A stretch of DNA of 64,000 nt, taken from contig CAZLMZ010000001.1 in NCBI GenBank assembly GCA_964560475.1, positions 538 through 64,537 of the forward strand, read 5' to 3'. A program made the translations under genes and the position numbers. Each line of letters starts with the position of its first letter. The stretch's first letter is position 1. The DNA comes from an uncultured Anaerolineae bacterium (GTDB lineage: Bacteria; Chloroflexota; Anaerolineae; JAFGEY01). The notes under the pieces were generated by a model. That model was not told the DNA's origin. It made no database searches and worked only from the letters and a program-made list of their open reading frames with translations. Below, piece by piece: positions 36,523 to 44,845 of the stretch.

Positions 36523-37632
36523 TCACAACAAGTCTTCCACCGGCATATACTCCAGGGTCCAGGCATCGGCAACGGAGCAGTACGTGACGTGACCCTGGTA
36601 GGTGTTGATCCCCCTGGCGAGCCCCGCATCGTGCTGCAGGGCACCCTCGACGCCGTGTGCAGCGAGCCGGGTGATGTAGGACAGCGTCGCGTTGCTGAGG
36701 GCATAGGTGCTGGTGCGTGGCACTGCACCGGGCATGTTGGCGACGCAGTAGTGGATCACACCATCAACCAGAAAGATCGGGTCTGAGTGTGTGGTGGGGT
36801 GTGAGGTCTCGACGCAGCCGCCTTGGTCCACGGCGACGTCGATGACCACGCTACCGGGGGCCATCGTGCCGATCATGGACCGTGTGACGAGCTTGGGTGC
36901 CTTGGCGCCCTTGATCAGTACCGCCCCAATCATCAAGTCGGCGCGGCGGACGGCCTGCGCGATATTCAGCGGGTTCGAGCTGAGCGTCGTCAACCTGCCG
37001 CCGAGGACGTCGTGGAGATAGCGTAAGCGGTCGATGTTGATGTCGATGATGATCACGTGAGCGCCCATGCCCAGCGCGACCTGGGCGGCGTTGGTGCCCA
37101 CGGTGCCAGCGCCGATGATCACGACATCCGCCGGACGTACTCCCGGCACACCACCGAGGATCTTGCCCCGGCCGCCGTTCATCTTTTCCATATAGTGCGC
37201 GCCGATCTGGACGGCCATCCGCCCCGCGACCTCGCTCATCGGCGTGAGCAACGGCAGGTGGCCGTTCGGCAGCTCGACCGTCTCGTACGCAATGCCCGTT
37301 ACCTCGTGGGATACCAGCGCGCGAGTCAGTTGCTCGTCAGCCGCCAGGTGCAGGTAGGTGAATAGGGCGAGTCCTGACCGCAGGAACTCGTACTCTTGCG
37401 GAAGCGGCTCCTTGACCTTGACGACCAGCTCTGCCGACCAGGCGTCCGCACTGCGCGGCACGATCTTGGCGCCAGCCTCAGCATACTCCTGGTCGGTAAA
37501 GCCACTGCCTTCTCCTGCCCCGCTTTCCAGCCAGACCTCGTGGTCCATCTGGGTCAGGTGGTGGACGCCGCCCGGCGTCATGGACACGCGGTACTCGTTA
37601 TCCTTGATCTCGCGCGGTACGCCGATGATCAT
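36523..37632 (-). CDS. ald: alanine dehydrogenase
   Basis: MIIGVPREIKDNEYRV... and an NAD motif (VVIIGAGTVGTNAA). A GAGGAGG RBS sits 7 nt upstream of the internal ATG; the longer track ORF is not used. Confidence 0.85.
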   Translation of the reverse strand: MIIGVPREIKDNEYRVSMTPGGVHHLTQMDHEVWLESGAGEGSGFTDQEYAEAGAKIVPRSADAWSAELVVKVKEPLPQEYEFLRSGLALFTYLHLAADEQLTRALVSHEVTGIAYETVELPNGHLPLLTPMSEVAGRMAVQIGAHYMEKMNGGRGKILGGVPGVRPADVVIIGAGTVGTNAAQVALGMGAHVIIIDINIDRLRYLHDVLGGRLTTLSSNPLNIAQAVRRADLMIGAVLIKGAKAPKLVTRSMIGTMAPGSVVIDVAVDQGGCVETSHPTTHSDPIFLVDGVIHYCVANMPGAVPRTSTYALSNATLSYITRLAAHGVEGALQHDAGLARGINTYQGHVTYCSVADAWTLEYMPVEDLL

Positions 37633-37993
37633 CGTTGATCCTCCTCTTGCCGAGATGACTGCAAGTGCGTTGTGGGTCTGCATCGACCACGAAGTCATTA
37701 TACCACGCCAGCCGCACGGCGCGAAATCTGGAGTGACCGCATCCGAGCGGGAGCTGCACACTGGAGCGAGCGCAGGCGGGCATCGCGATGCTGACCGGTG
37801 ACACATAGGGAGGTTCTAGTTACATTCGCGAAAGCAGATGTGCTACCTTGGTAGATCCGGGTGCGGCGGATCATGCATCTCTCGAAGAACGTTCGGCGAG
37901 ACGAGCGCTGGACCGGCGCTTGTCTGGGGGCCTTGGCCATGCTATACTGCAGTTTCTGCAGCACAGACTCAAGACTGGGCGACAAGAGGACAT

Positions 37994-38683
37994 ATGATGG
38001 AGACCGTTGTTCTGGATCGTATCCGCTACCGGGCGGATATCAGCGCGTTGGCAAAACGGCTACACATTGTCGAAGGGAGCGCCGACCACGACGATCTCGT
38101 GGCATTGGCACGGGAAGCTGACTCGGTCGCTCGCCCGAAGGCGATGTATAGGGCAGGGTATATCGAGGATCGCGGCGATGACTACGTCATCATTGCCGGT
38201 ACCAGGTTCACGAGCCGCATCCTTCGCGTGAACCTGGAACAGGCGCACCGTGCCTTTCTCTACGTCGCCACCTGCGGCACCGAGCTAGAGGCCTGGGCGC
38301 ACGCGCTAACGGATCTGCTGCAGTGCTACTGGGCCGAGGCGATCCAGGAAGCAGCGCTTCGAGAGGCCACACGGGCCCTGTATCACGATCTGGCGGAGCG
38401 TTATCGACCAGGGAAAACCTCGGCCATGGCGCCGGGCTCGCTGGGCGAATGGCCTTTGAGCGAGCAGCGCCCCCTATTCTCTACGTTGGGCGATGTACGA
38501 GGGACGATCGGCGTAGCGCTTTCTGACAGCCTGCTGATGATCCCTGCCAAGTCGGTGTCGGGCATCCGCTTCCCGACGGAAGAGAGCTTTGAGAGCTGCC
38601 AGTTGTGCCCGCGCGGCGGCTGCCCGGGGCGCCGCGCCCCCTATGACCGTTCCCTGTACGACCGCCGCTATCGCGCTACGTAG
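37994..38683 (+). CDS. standalone vitamin-B12-dependent methionine synthase activation (AdoMet-binding reactivation) domain protein
   Basis: Motifs match the MetH C-terminal domain: APGSLGEWPL (like PGYPACP) and LLMIPAKSVSGIRFP (like AMWPGASVSGWYF). It also carries an extra C-terminal Cys cluster (CQLCPRGGCPG). Confidence 0.7.
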   Translation: MMETVVLDRIRYRADISALAKRLHIVEGSADHDDLVALAREADSVARPKAMYRAGYIEDRGDDYVIIAGTRFTSRILRVNLEQAHRAFLYVATCGTELEAWAHALTDLLQCYWAEAIQEAALREATRALYHDLAERYRPGKTSAMAPGSLGEWPLSEQRPLFSTLGDVRGTIGVALSDSLLMIPAKSVSGIRFPTEESFESCQLCPRGGCPGRRAPYDRSLYDRRYRAT

Positions 38684-38714
38684 CCTCCCTTTTCTCCAGG
38701 GCGATCCATAGCCA

Positions 38715-39452
38715 TCAGGGCGCGCGTCCTGTGTTAGCGTCCCTGAGTGCTTGCAGCGTGCGAGACATATCATCGGGGTAGGGGGCCGAAAAGTGCAAGG
38801 GGTCCCCGGTCTGGGGGTGCACGAAGGCAATGCTCAGCGCGTGTAGGGCGGCCCGAGCGATGAGAACGCGGTCTGCCGTCCCGGGCACGTTTTCCCCTGA
38901 ATGGAGCATAGAGGGCAGCAGCCCCGGACCGCCGCCGTACAGTGCATCGCCCACGATGGGGAACCCGACTGCGCTTAAGTGGGCGCGGATCTGGTGGGTC
39001 CGGCCAGTTCTCGGGCGTGCTTCGAGCAGAGCAAAGCCAGGGAACCGTTCAAGAACCGCAAAGCGAGTCAGAGACGGCTTGCCCCGGGCAGCGTCAACGA
39101 CGGTGCGGTGCCGCCGGTCGCCGTCACCGCGCAGCGCGAGGTCGACCTGGTTCTCTTCCCAGGTTGGGACGCCAACTGTGAGCGCGTGGTATACTTTGGC
39201 GACATCTCGCTCCTGGAACTGTGTGTTGAGATCCCGGTGGGCTGCAGCGCTGCGGGCAAAGACGATCACGCCGCTGGTCTCGCGGTCGAGGCGATGTACG
39301 ATCCACAGGCGGCCAAAGTCTGGCTCGAGGATCTGTGCCAGATAGGGCTCCTCTCCAAAGCCACCACGGATGACCAACAGACCGGTGGGTTTGTTGGCTA
39401 CCAAGAGTGAAGCATCGGCCCACAGCACCAGCTCCTCTGATGTCCACGTCAC
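38715..39452 (-). CDS. RluA-family pseudouridine synthase
   Basis: The catalytic motif HRLDRETSGVIVFA and the RluA-family HQIRAH motif. Confidence 0.85.
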   Translation of the reverse strand: MTWTSEELVLWADASLLVANKPTGLLVIRGGFGEEPYLAQILEPDFGRLWIVHRLDRETSGVIVFARSAAAHRDLNTQFQERDVAKVYHALTVGVPTWEENQVDLALRGDGDRRHRTVVDAARGKPSLTRFAVLERFPGFALLEARPRTGRTHQIRAHLSAVGFPIVGDALYGGGPGLLPSMLHSGENVPGTADRVLIARAALHALSIAFVHPQTGDPLHFSAPYPDDMSRTLQALRDANTGRAP

Positions 39453-39512
39453 GACATCCAGTCCTTTGCCTGGCTCTCTAGAGCATCACCCATCACGTCG
39501 ACGTTCAGACGC

Positions 39513-40541
39513 TCAGGGAACGATCACCGTCCGCACGCCGGCACCATAACGCTGCAGGTTGTCGAGGGCGTCGTTAGTCGCCGCTGCGTCGAGCGGGATC
39601 CGACGAGTGATGACCTGCGCGAGATCGAGCCTGCCCTGCCGGACAAATTCGAACAGGAGCGGCAACTCGACGATCCTATGGTCTGAGGCACCGATGATCT
39701 CGGTTTCCTTGCCCAAGACTTCGGTATAGGAACGGACGGGGAAAGATCCGTCAGTGATACCTACGAGGACAGCGCGCCCCATAATGGCGAGTGAACGCAC
39801 CGCTTGCTGCATCGTGCTCGGCAGGCCGATCAGCTCGAGCGCGACGTCAACGCCCTTGCCGCTGGTAAGGCGCCGGATGGAGGCAACCGGGTCCAGGTGG
39901 GCGGCATCGACCGGCGCAGCACCCAACTGCTCGGCCATGGCGAGCCGTCCAGCGTCGATGTCGACCGCATAGACCTGCAGAGCACCGAATGCGCGCGCCA
40001 GTTGGATGGCCGACATGCCGAGGCCGCCTGCGCCATAGACAGCGACGCTCTCGCCCGGCTGGAGCCGTGCTTTGCGCAGAGCGTGGAAGGAAGTGGCAGT
40101 GGAGCACATCATAACCGCGCCGGCCTCGAATGGGATGTCAGCAGGAAGTGGAACCACGCTTCGAGCAGGCACGGCGATGTACTCTGCATAGCCTCCATCA
40201 CGGTGCTTGCCGATCATCTGCCCAGTGAGGCAGAACTGCTCGTGCCCCAGGCGGCAATAATGGCACTCACCACACGTGGCCAGATAGTGGATGGCAACAC
40301 GGTCGCCTGCGCTGAACCCACTGACCTCGTCCCCCGTGCGCTCGACGGTACCTGCCACCTCGTGGCCCAGTGTGATCGGAAGCTGTGCGACGGGTGAGGT
40401 ACCGGCCCGATAGTGGGCGTCGGAATGGCAGACGCCAGCAGCGCGGACCCGCACGAGGACGTCTTGATCTCCGAGCGAGGGTGTGGGGATCTCTTGCATC
40501 TCAAGAGGCTGCCCGATCTCAGTAAGACGAACGGCCTGCAT
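39513..40541 (-). CDS. zinc-dependent alcohol dehydrogenase (MDR family)
   Basis: GVCHSD..GHEVAG and a structural zinc site (CGECHYCRLGHEQFC). Confidence 0.8.
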   Translation of the reverse strand: MQAVRLTEIGQPLEMQEIPTPSLGDQDVLVRVRAAGVCHSDAHYRAGTSPVAQLPITLGHEVAGTVERTGDEVSGFSAGDRVAIHYLATCGECHYCRLGHEQFCLTGQMIGKHRDGGYAEYIAVPARSVVPLPADIPFEAGAVMMCSTATSFHALRKARLQPGESVAVYGAGGLGMSAIQLARAFGALQVYAVDIDAGRLAMAEQLGAAPVDAAHLDPVASIRRLTSGKGVDVALELIGLPSTMQQAVRSLAIMGRAVLVGITDGSFPVRSYTEVLGKETEIIGASDHRIVELPLLFEFVRQGRLDLAQVITRRIPLDAAATNDALDNLQRYGAGVRTVIVP

Positions 40542-41227
40542 TAATCACCCTCCTGCTGGCTGCGACGGGGTTCGGCGCGACCGGAGCCGATGCGCAGCGA
40601 AATGTAGCGCAACACGGTTCGCCACACCCCGCCCGGAGGGCGGCCTGCCTGTGGGCTGGCCTCGGAGGCGTGGATTCCAAACAGATCATAGTGGACCACA
40701 TCCGGCAGTGGCTTGCGCTGCGTGGGGGACGGGTCTTCATCCGGAAAGCCCAACGTCAGGATCCCGACCACCTCCCAATCATCGGGGAGGCGGAGGACAG
40801 CACCAATGGCACCGCGATCCAGACCGCCGATCCAGCAGGTGCCCAGGCCGAGGGCCTTGGCCTGGAGCATCATCTGCCCACCGGCCAGACCGATGTCTTC
40901 GTGCAGGAACTGGCGGTAGACGCGACTGCCCTGGTAGCCACAGAGGACGATCATGATCGGTGCCTCGTCCACCGCTACCCAGCGCACAAAGTAGAAGGAA
41001 GCGTGGGCGGCGACCTCCTTGCGCACCTCAGCGTCGCGCACGACGACGAAAGCCCACGGCTGCCGGTTGCTGGCCGAGGGAGCCCAGCGCCCGGCTTCGA
41101 GTACCTGGTGGAGCAAGTCATCAGGCACGGTGTCTGAACGATAGCGGCGAATGCTCCGCCGCGCCTGAAGCAGTGCCATCGTGGCTTCCGGCGATGGCAG
41201 GTCGGTCGGGGCTGTTTCCTGGCTCAA
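40541..41227 (-). CDS. nitroreductase family protein
   Basis: RRSIRRY...APSASNRQPWAFVVV. Confidence 0.8.
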   Translation of the reverse strand: MSQETAPTDLPSPEATMALLQARRSIRRYRSDTVPDDLLHQVLEAGRWAPSASNRQPWAFVVVRDAEVRKEVAAHASFYFVRWVAVDEAPIMIVLCGYQGSRVYRQFLHEDIGLAGGQMMLQAKALGLGTCWIGGLDRGAIGAVLRLPDDWEVVGILTLGFPDEDPSPTQRKPLPDVVHYDLFGIHASEASPQAGRPPGGVWRTVLRYISLRIGSGRAEPRRSQQEGD

Positions 41228-41361
41228 GCGTCTCTCCCGCGTTGTGTACGTGATCTATCGGTCTGTGACGGCACATTGTACCCCAAGGTCGAGCTGCCAA
41301 CAAATGCCCGTCCGGCTTTCGAGTCGTGGCAGAACGCCGGCGCACGCGCGAGTCGGGCGAC

Positions 41362-41390
41362 TTGACAGTCCAAACCCACGATGTTATGAT
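41362..41390 (+). promoter_or_regulatory. consensus sigma70 promoter (TTGACA-17-TATGAT) upstream of the PfkB kinase gene
   Basis: An exact -35 consensus with 17-nt spacing. It leaves a ~135-nt GC-rich leader before the ATG at 41528. Confidence 0.5.
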
Positions 41391-41527
41391 GGCTCGAGCC
41401 TGGGTTTGTGCGGTCCACGGGGTAGCAGCGCAGGCCCAGCCGGTCCAGCGGCGCCCGCGGTGACTCGCGCGAACCGGCACGACGGGCGCTGGGCACGCGT
41501 AGATGGCGGATCAGCGGATGAGGAGGG

Positions 41528-42559
41528 GTGTGCATGGACATCGTCTGCCTGGGCGAGATGCTGATCGACATGTTCCCGTCGGAGCTCGGCCGGCGACTGG
41601 CAGAGGTCTCAGCATTCCACCCAAAGCCCGGAGGGGCGCCAGCGAACGTTGCGGTCGCTGCGGCCCGATTGGGCGCAGAGAGCGCCTTCGTCGGCAAGGT
41701 AGGAGATGACGCATTCGGGCACCATCTGATCGAGGTGCTGCGCGCAGAAGGGGTCGATACGTCAGGGATGCGCCTCGATCGGGAGGCGCGCACGACGATG
41801 GCGTTCATCGCGCAGCCCGACGAGGACACCTCCGAATTTGTGTTCTACCGCAACCCCGGCGCGGACATGAGGCTGCGGCCGGACGAGCTGGACCGAGGTA
41901 TGCTCGGCCAGACCAAGGCCTTTCATTTTGGCTCGATCAGCCTGATCGCCGAACCGAGTTGCAGCGCGACGCTCGAGGCACTGAAGGAAGCGCGTGTGGG
42001 AGGGGCGCTAATCTCCTTTGACGTAAACTATCGCCCGACCTTGTGGGAGGCGCCGGCAGCGGCGCGGGAACGGATCGAGGAGACGATCCCACTGGCTGAC
42101 GTGATCAAGGTGAACGAGGTCGAGCTGGCGCTGCTCACCGCGGTGTCCGGCCTGGGCAAGGGTGGAGCCTCCGATACGCCGTCGCCGGGCCGGCTGGCCG
42201 GTGCTCTTTCGGCACTTGATCGCGGCAGCCAGTCGCTGTTGAGCATGGGACCGCGCCTGTGCGTCGTCACACTCGGCAGGGAGGGCAGCTATTTTTCGAC
42301 GAGGCAAGGCGGCGGACACGTGCCGGGCTTCCAGGTCGAGACCGTGGACGCCACGGGGTGTGGAGACGCGTTCGTGGCTGGCCTGTTGTGGCAGTTGGTT
42401 GGGCATGGCGTGTGGCGAGAACCGTTGGACGTCGTTGCAGTGGGCACCGCGCTGCGCTATGCGAATGCCGTGGGGGCATTGACGTCGCTCACGCGCGGCG
42501 TGATCCCTGCGCTGCCGACCGCCGCACAGGTGGCGACATTCCTGTCCTCTCAGACCTGA
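41528..42559 (+). CDS. PfkB-family carbohydrate kinase (fructokinase/ribokinase-like)
   Basis: N-terminal GG motifs (VCLGEMLIDM ... KPGGAPANVAVAAARLG) and a C-terminal DATGCGDAFVAGLL. Confidence 0.8.
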   Translation: MCMDIVCLGEMLIDMFPSELGRRLAEVSAFHPKPGGAPANVAVAAARLGAESAFVGKVGDDAFGHHLIEVLRAEGVDTSGMRLDREARTTMAFIAQPDEDTSEFVFYRNPGADMRLRPDELDRGMLGQTKAFHFGSISLIAEPSCSATLEALKEARVGGALISFDVNYRPTLWEAPAAARERIEETIPLADVIKVNEVELALLTAVSGLGKGGASDTPSPGRLAGALSALDRGSQSLLSMGPRLCVVTLGREGSYFSTRQGGGHVPGFQVETVDATGCGDAFVAGLLWQLVGHGVWREPLDVVAVGTALRYANAVGALTSLTRGVIPALPTAAQVATFLSSQT

Positions 42560-42599
42560 GGAGGGGCTCCGTGTAGTGGAGAACACGCTGCAAGTGGAT

Positions 42600-42628
42600 T
42601 TGACAGCACGTGGGAAGCGTGCTACACT
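42600..42628 (+). promoter_or_regulatory. consensus sigma70 promoter (TTGACA-17-TACACT) with a palindromic spacer
   Basis: The spacer GCACGTGGGAAGCGTGC is itself an inverted repeat (GCACG...CGTGC), which suggests an overlapping operator. Confidence 0.5.
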
Positions 42629-42726
42629 GGAGACGTTCTGAGAGAGATACGGACCAGGCTGGCGTGTAGCGCCGCCTGGGTAGCCAAGAGAGCGGGGCAC
42701 AGCCTCGCGCGAAAGGGAGGCATGCT

Positions 42727-42795
42727 ATGCAGATGAAGAGCTGGAAAGGAACTGTCATCGACATCGAGCGTGCCTGTGAGGATCTGATCGCATAG
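42727..42795 (+). CDS. candidate 22-codon micro-ORF / leader peptide (MQMKSWKGTVIDIERACEDLIA)
   Basis: GGGAGG sits 6 nt upstream of the ATG, which is ~75 nt downstream of the consensus promoter. It terminates 25 nt before the first hairpin of the attenuator-like structure. There is no homology support. Confidence 0.3.
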   Translation: MQMKSWKGTVIDIERACEDLIA

Positions 42796-42818
42796 ACATC
42801 GGCGGACAGCCGGTCTTG

Positions 42819-42962
42819 CGGCCACGGGCGCGTTCAGCCCCGTGGCCGTTTGTGTTGGGGTCTACTCACATGCGGTGAGCCGCGTAGACGAGTGTGGGCC
42901 ACGGGGTATCCAGCCTCGTGGCCTTTTGTCATGCGGGGCCTGGCCTTGTTGGCGCTCACCGC
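42819..42962 (+). promoter_or_regulatory. attenuator-like RNA structure: four-segment alternative hairpins, second hairpin with a U-tract
   Basis: Segment 1 GGCCACGGG (42820-28) pairs with segment 2 CCCGTGGCC (42839-47). Segment 3 GGCCACGGG(G) (42897-905) pairs with segment 4 CTCGTGGCC (42915-23), followed by TTTTGT. Segment 2 is also perfectly complementary to segment 3. A long-range clamp GCGGTGAGC (42872-80) / GCTCACCGC (42954-62) encloses the second hairpin. Confidence 0.45.
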
Positions 42963-43056
42963 GGGAGGAGGTTTGTCATGGCTTCTGTTACGTCGGAACC
43001 CAAGTTGTCGATGGACATACGCCATGCGAGAACACACGTGAAAGGGAATAGAAGCA

Positions 43057-44094
43057 GTGACTGGGAGACCCACTCCTGTGCAGGATCCTGAGCAATGCGA
43101 AGACGAATACGAGTACTATGAACGCATGTTCGACCCGGTGCGGACCGACCGTCGAGCACGGCGGAAGCGCAAGCCGGTGGCGAGACACATACCCAAGCGA
43201 GACGAGGAGGTGGTGATCGCCGAACTGGGCGATCTGGTCGGGCTCGAGGGTGGGTTCCGTCCGACCTACACGCCAGGACGTTACGAGGAGGGCTGGCTGC
43301 TCGAGTCGATCCGTTCGTTCTACGATCAGGGCCTGATCGTGGACGTACTGGCACTGGTCAAAGGTGGCAAGGAAGCGAGCGTCTACCTGTGCCAAGCCCA
43401 TCCCTCGACGGGCACTGACCTGCTGGCGGCCAAGGTGTACCGGCCACGCAAGTTCCGGAATCTGAGCAACGACAAGGTGTACCGCCAGGGGCGTGACGTG
43501 CTCACCGTGGACGGGCGGGCGGTGAAAAAGACAGATCACCGCGTGATGCGCGCGATCGGGAAAAAGACTGCGTTTGGGATGCAGGTCAGCCATACCTCGT
43601 GGTTGATGCACGAATACAATGCCCTCCGTTCGCTGTACCGTGCGGGAGGAGCTGTACCTCGCCCCTATGCCGCTACAGAGAACGCGATACTGATGGGCTA
43701 CTGCGGCGACGCGCGCCTCGCTGCACCAACGCTCAGCCACATACGCCTGGACGAGGAAGAGGCGGAGCCGCTCTACCAGGAGGTGATGCGGAACGTGGAG
43801 CTCATGCTGTCACACGGCATGATCCACGGCGACCTATCCGCGTACAATATCCTGTACTGGGAAGGCACGATCATGCTGATCGACTTTCCGCAGGTGGTCA
43901 GCCTGGACGCGAATCGGGAGGCGATCGACTTGCTCGATCGCGACGTGACTCGCGTCTGTGCGTACTTTCAGCGGCAGGGCGCGGCGCACGAACCGGGCTC
44001 GATCGTAGAGCGGCTGTGGGAAGCCTATGGTACGCCGCTGCCACCGGTCGACCTGGAGTTAATGACCCTGGACGAGCTGCCTACCACCGGATAG
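43057..44094 (+). CDS. RIO-type serine protein kinase (RIO1 family)
   Basis: The RIO signature (KEASVYLCQ ... LMHEYNALRSL ... MIHGDLSAYNILY ... IDFPQ). GTG start with an AAAGGGAA RBS. Confidence 0.75.
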   Translation: MTGRPTPVQDPEQCEDEYEYYERMFDPVRTDRRARRKRKPVARHIPKRDEEVVIAELGDLVGLEGGFRPTYTPGRYEEGWLLESIRSFYDQGLIVDVLALVKGGKEASVYLCQAHPSTGTDLLAAKVYRPRKFRNLSNDKVYRQGRDVLTVDGRAVKKTDHRVMRAIGKKTAFGMQVSHTSWLMHEYNALRSLYRAGGAVPRPYAATENAILMGYCGDARLAAPTLSHIRLDEEEAEPLYQEVMRNVELMLSHGMIHGDLSAYNILYWEGTIMLIDFPQVVSLDANREAIDLLDRDVTRVCAYFQRQGAAHEPGSIVERLWEAYGTPLPPVDLELMTLDELPTTG

Positions 44095-44098
44095 AATG

Positions 44099-44128
44099 GT
44101 GCCCCACCCTGCACGCGGGGTGGGGCAC
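44099..44128. terminator. bidirectional terminator hairpin between convergent genes
   Basis: An 11-bp perfect stem (GTGCCCCACCC / GGGTGGGGCAC) with an 8-nt loop, between the RIO kinase stop (44094) and the convergent UDG-like gene end (44174). Confidence 0.55.
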
Positions 44129-44173
44129 TCTGTAGATGGGTGTACCGAAGAGGCGTTTGCCGAGCTGAGGTGC

Positions 44174-44845
44174 TTAGCGATGCTGCTGTGGCAGCGACTG
44201 CACGCTAGCCACAAAGCGCGATTTGCCGCCGTGCGATGGGTGCCGGATATAGGGCGCGCGGACGTCGAGCTTACGCAGTTGCGCCTCGCTGACGCGGCCG
44301 ATGGCGAACACCTGCGCCGGGCCAAAGAGGCTGAGAATACAGCGCAGGATGGGGATAGCGCTGTCCAGCTCGTGCTGTGTGGGCTTGCGATTGCTGAGCG
44401 GCTCTCTGTCAAAAGGATGCCAGGGAAAGGCGTTCCACAGCGCGCAGTCCTGGCGGCCGTCGAACGCCTGCCACACGATTGTCCCCGAGCGCTCATGCCA
44501 CAGCTCGTCGACGCTGCTCTGCTGCAGACCGAGGCCCTGCGCCCATAAAAGGCACTCTGGGCCTACGATCTGCGCCTCGCCTGTGAAGGGAATTCCAGAG
44601 AAGCGGCACCCTGCGTAACCGGCAGCCTCGCCGACCAGGAGGTAGGATGCGCCTGAGAAGGACTCCAGGTAGCGGCGCAGGTTGCTGCGACGAATCGCCG
44701 GTGCCCCTGGCACGCCCAGTTCGGGGTCGAGATCGCGGTACTGGTTGAAGGCGCCGTCGCCGTCATAGTCAACCAACAGCTCGAACAACCGGTCCAGCAA
44801 AGACTCTCGTGCCTGCCCGTCCATAGGTGCCTGCTGCGCACTCAC
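44174..44845 (-). CDS. uracil-DNA glycosylase superfamily protein (family 4/5-like)
   Basis: UDG motif A-like (LLVGEAAGYAGCRFSGIPFTGE) and a C-terminal HPSHGG motif. Confidence 0.5.
   Translation of the reverse strand: MSAQQAPMDGQARESLLDRLFELLVDYDGDGAFNQYRDLDPELGVPGAPAIRRSNLRRYLESFSGASYLLVGEAAGYAGCRFSGIPFTGEAQIVGPECLLWAQGLGLQQSSVDELWHERSGTIVWQAFDGRQDCALWNAFPWHPFDREPLSNRKPTQHELDSAIPILRCILSLFGPAQVFAIGRVSEAQLRKLDVRAPYIRHPSHGGKSRFVASVQSLPQQHR

Noticed and set aside
41440-41470. ZTP (pfl) riboswitch upstream of pfkB
   Set aside because: Only the 3' strand-like GGGCGCTGGGCA resembles the motif. The GGGUCGUGAC and ACCGGGGGA elements are missing, and the gene context (sugar kinase) is not purine/folate.
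42819-42930. Possible CRISPR or REP array from the repeated GGCCACGGG / CCCGTGGCC units
   Set aside because: There are only two inverted-repeat units, no spacers of regular length and no cas genes. They are better explained as alternative RNA hairpins (see the attenuator finding).
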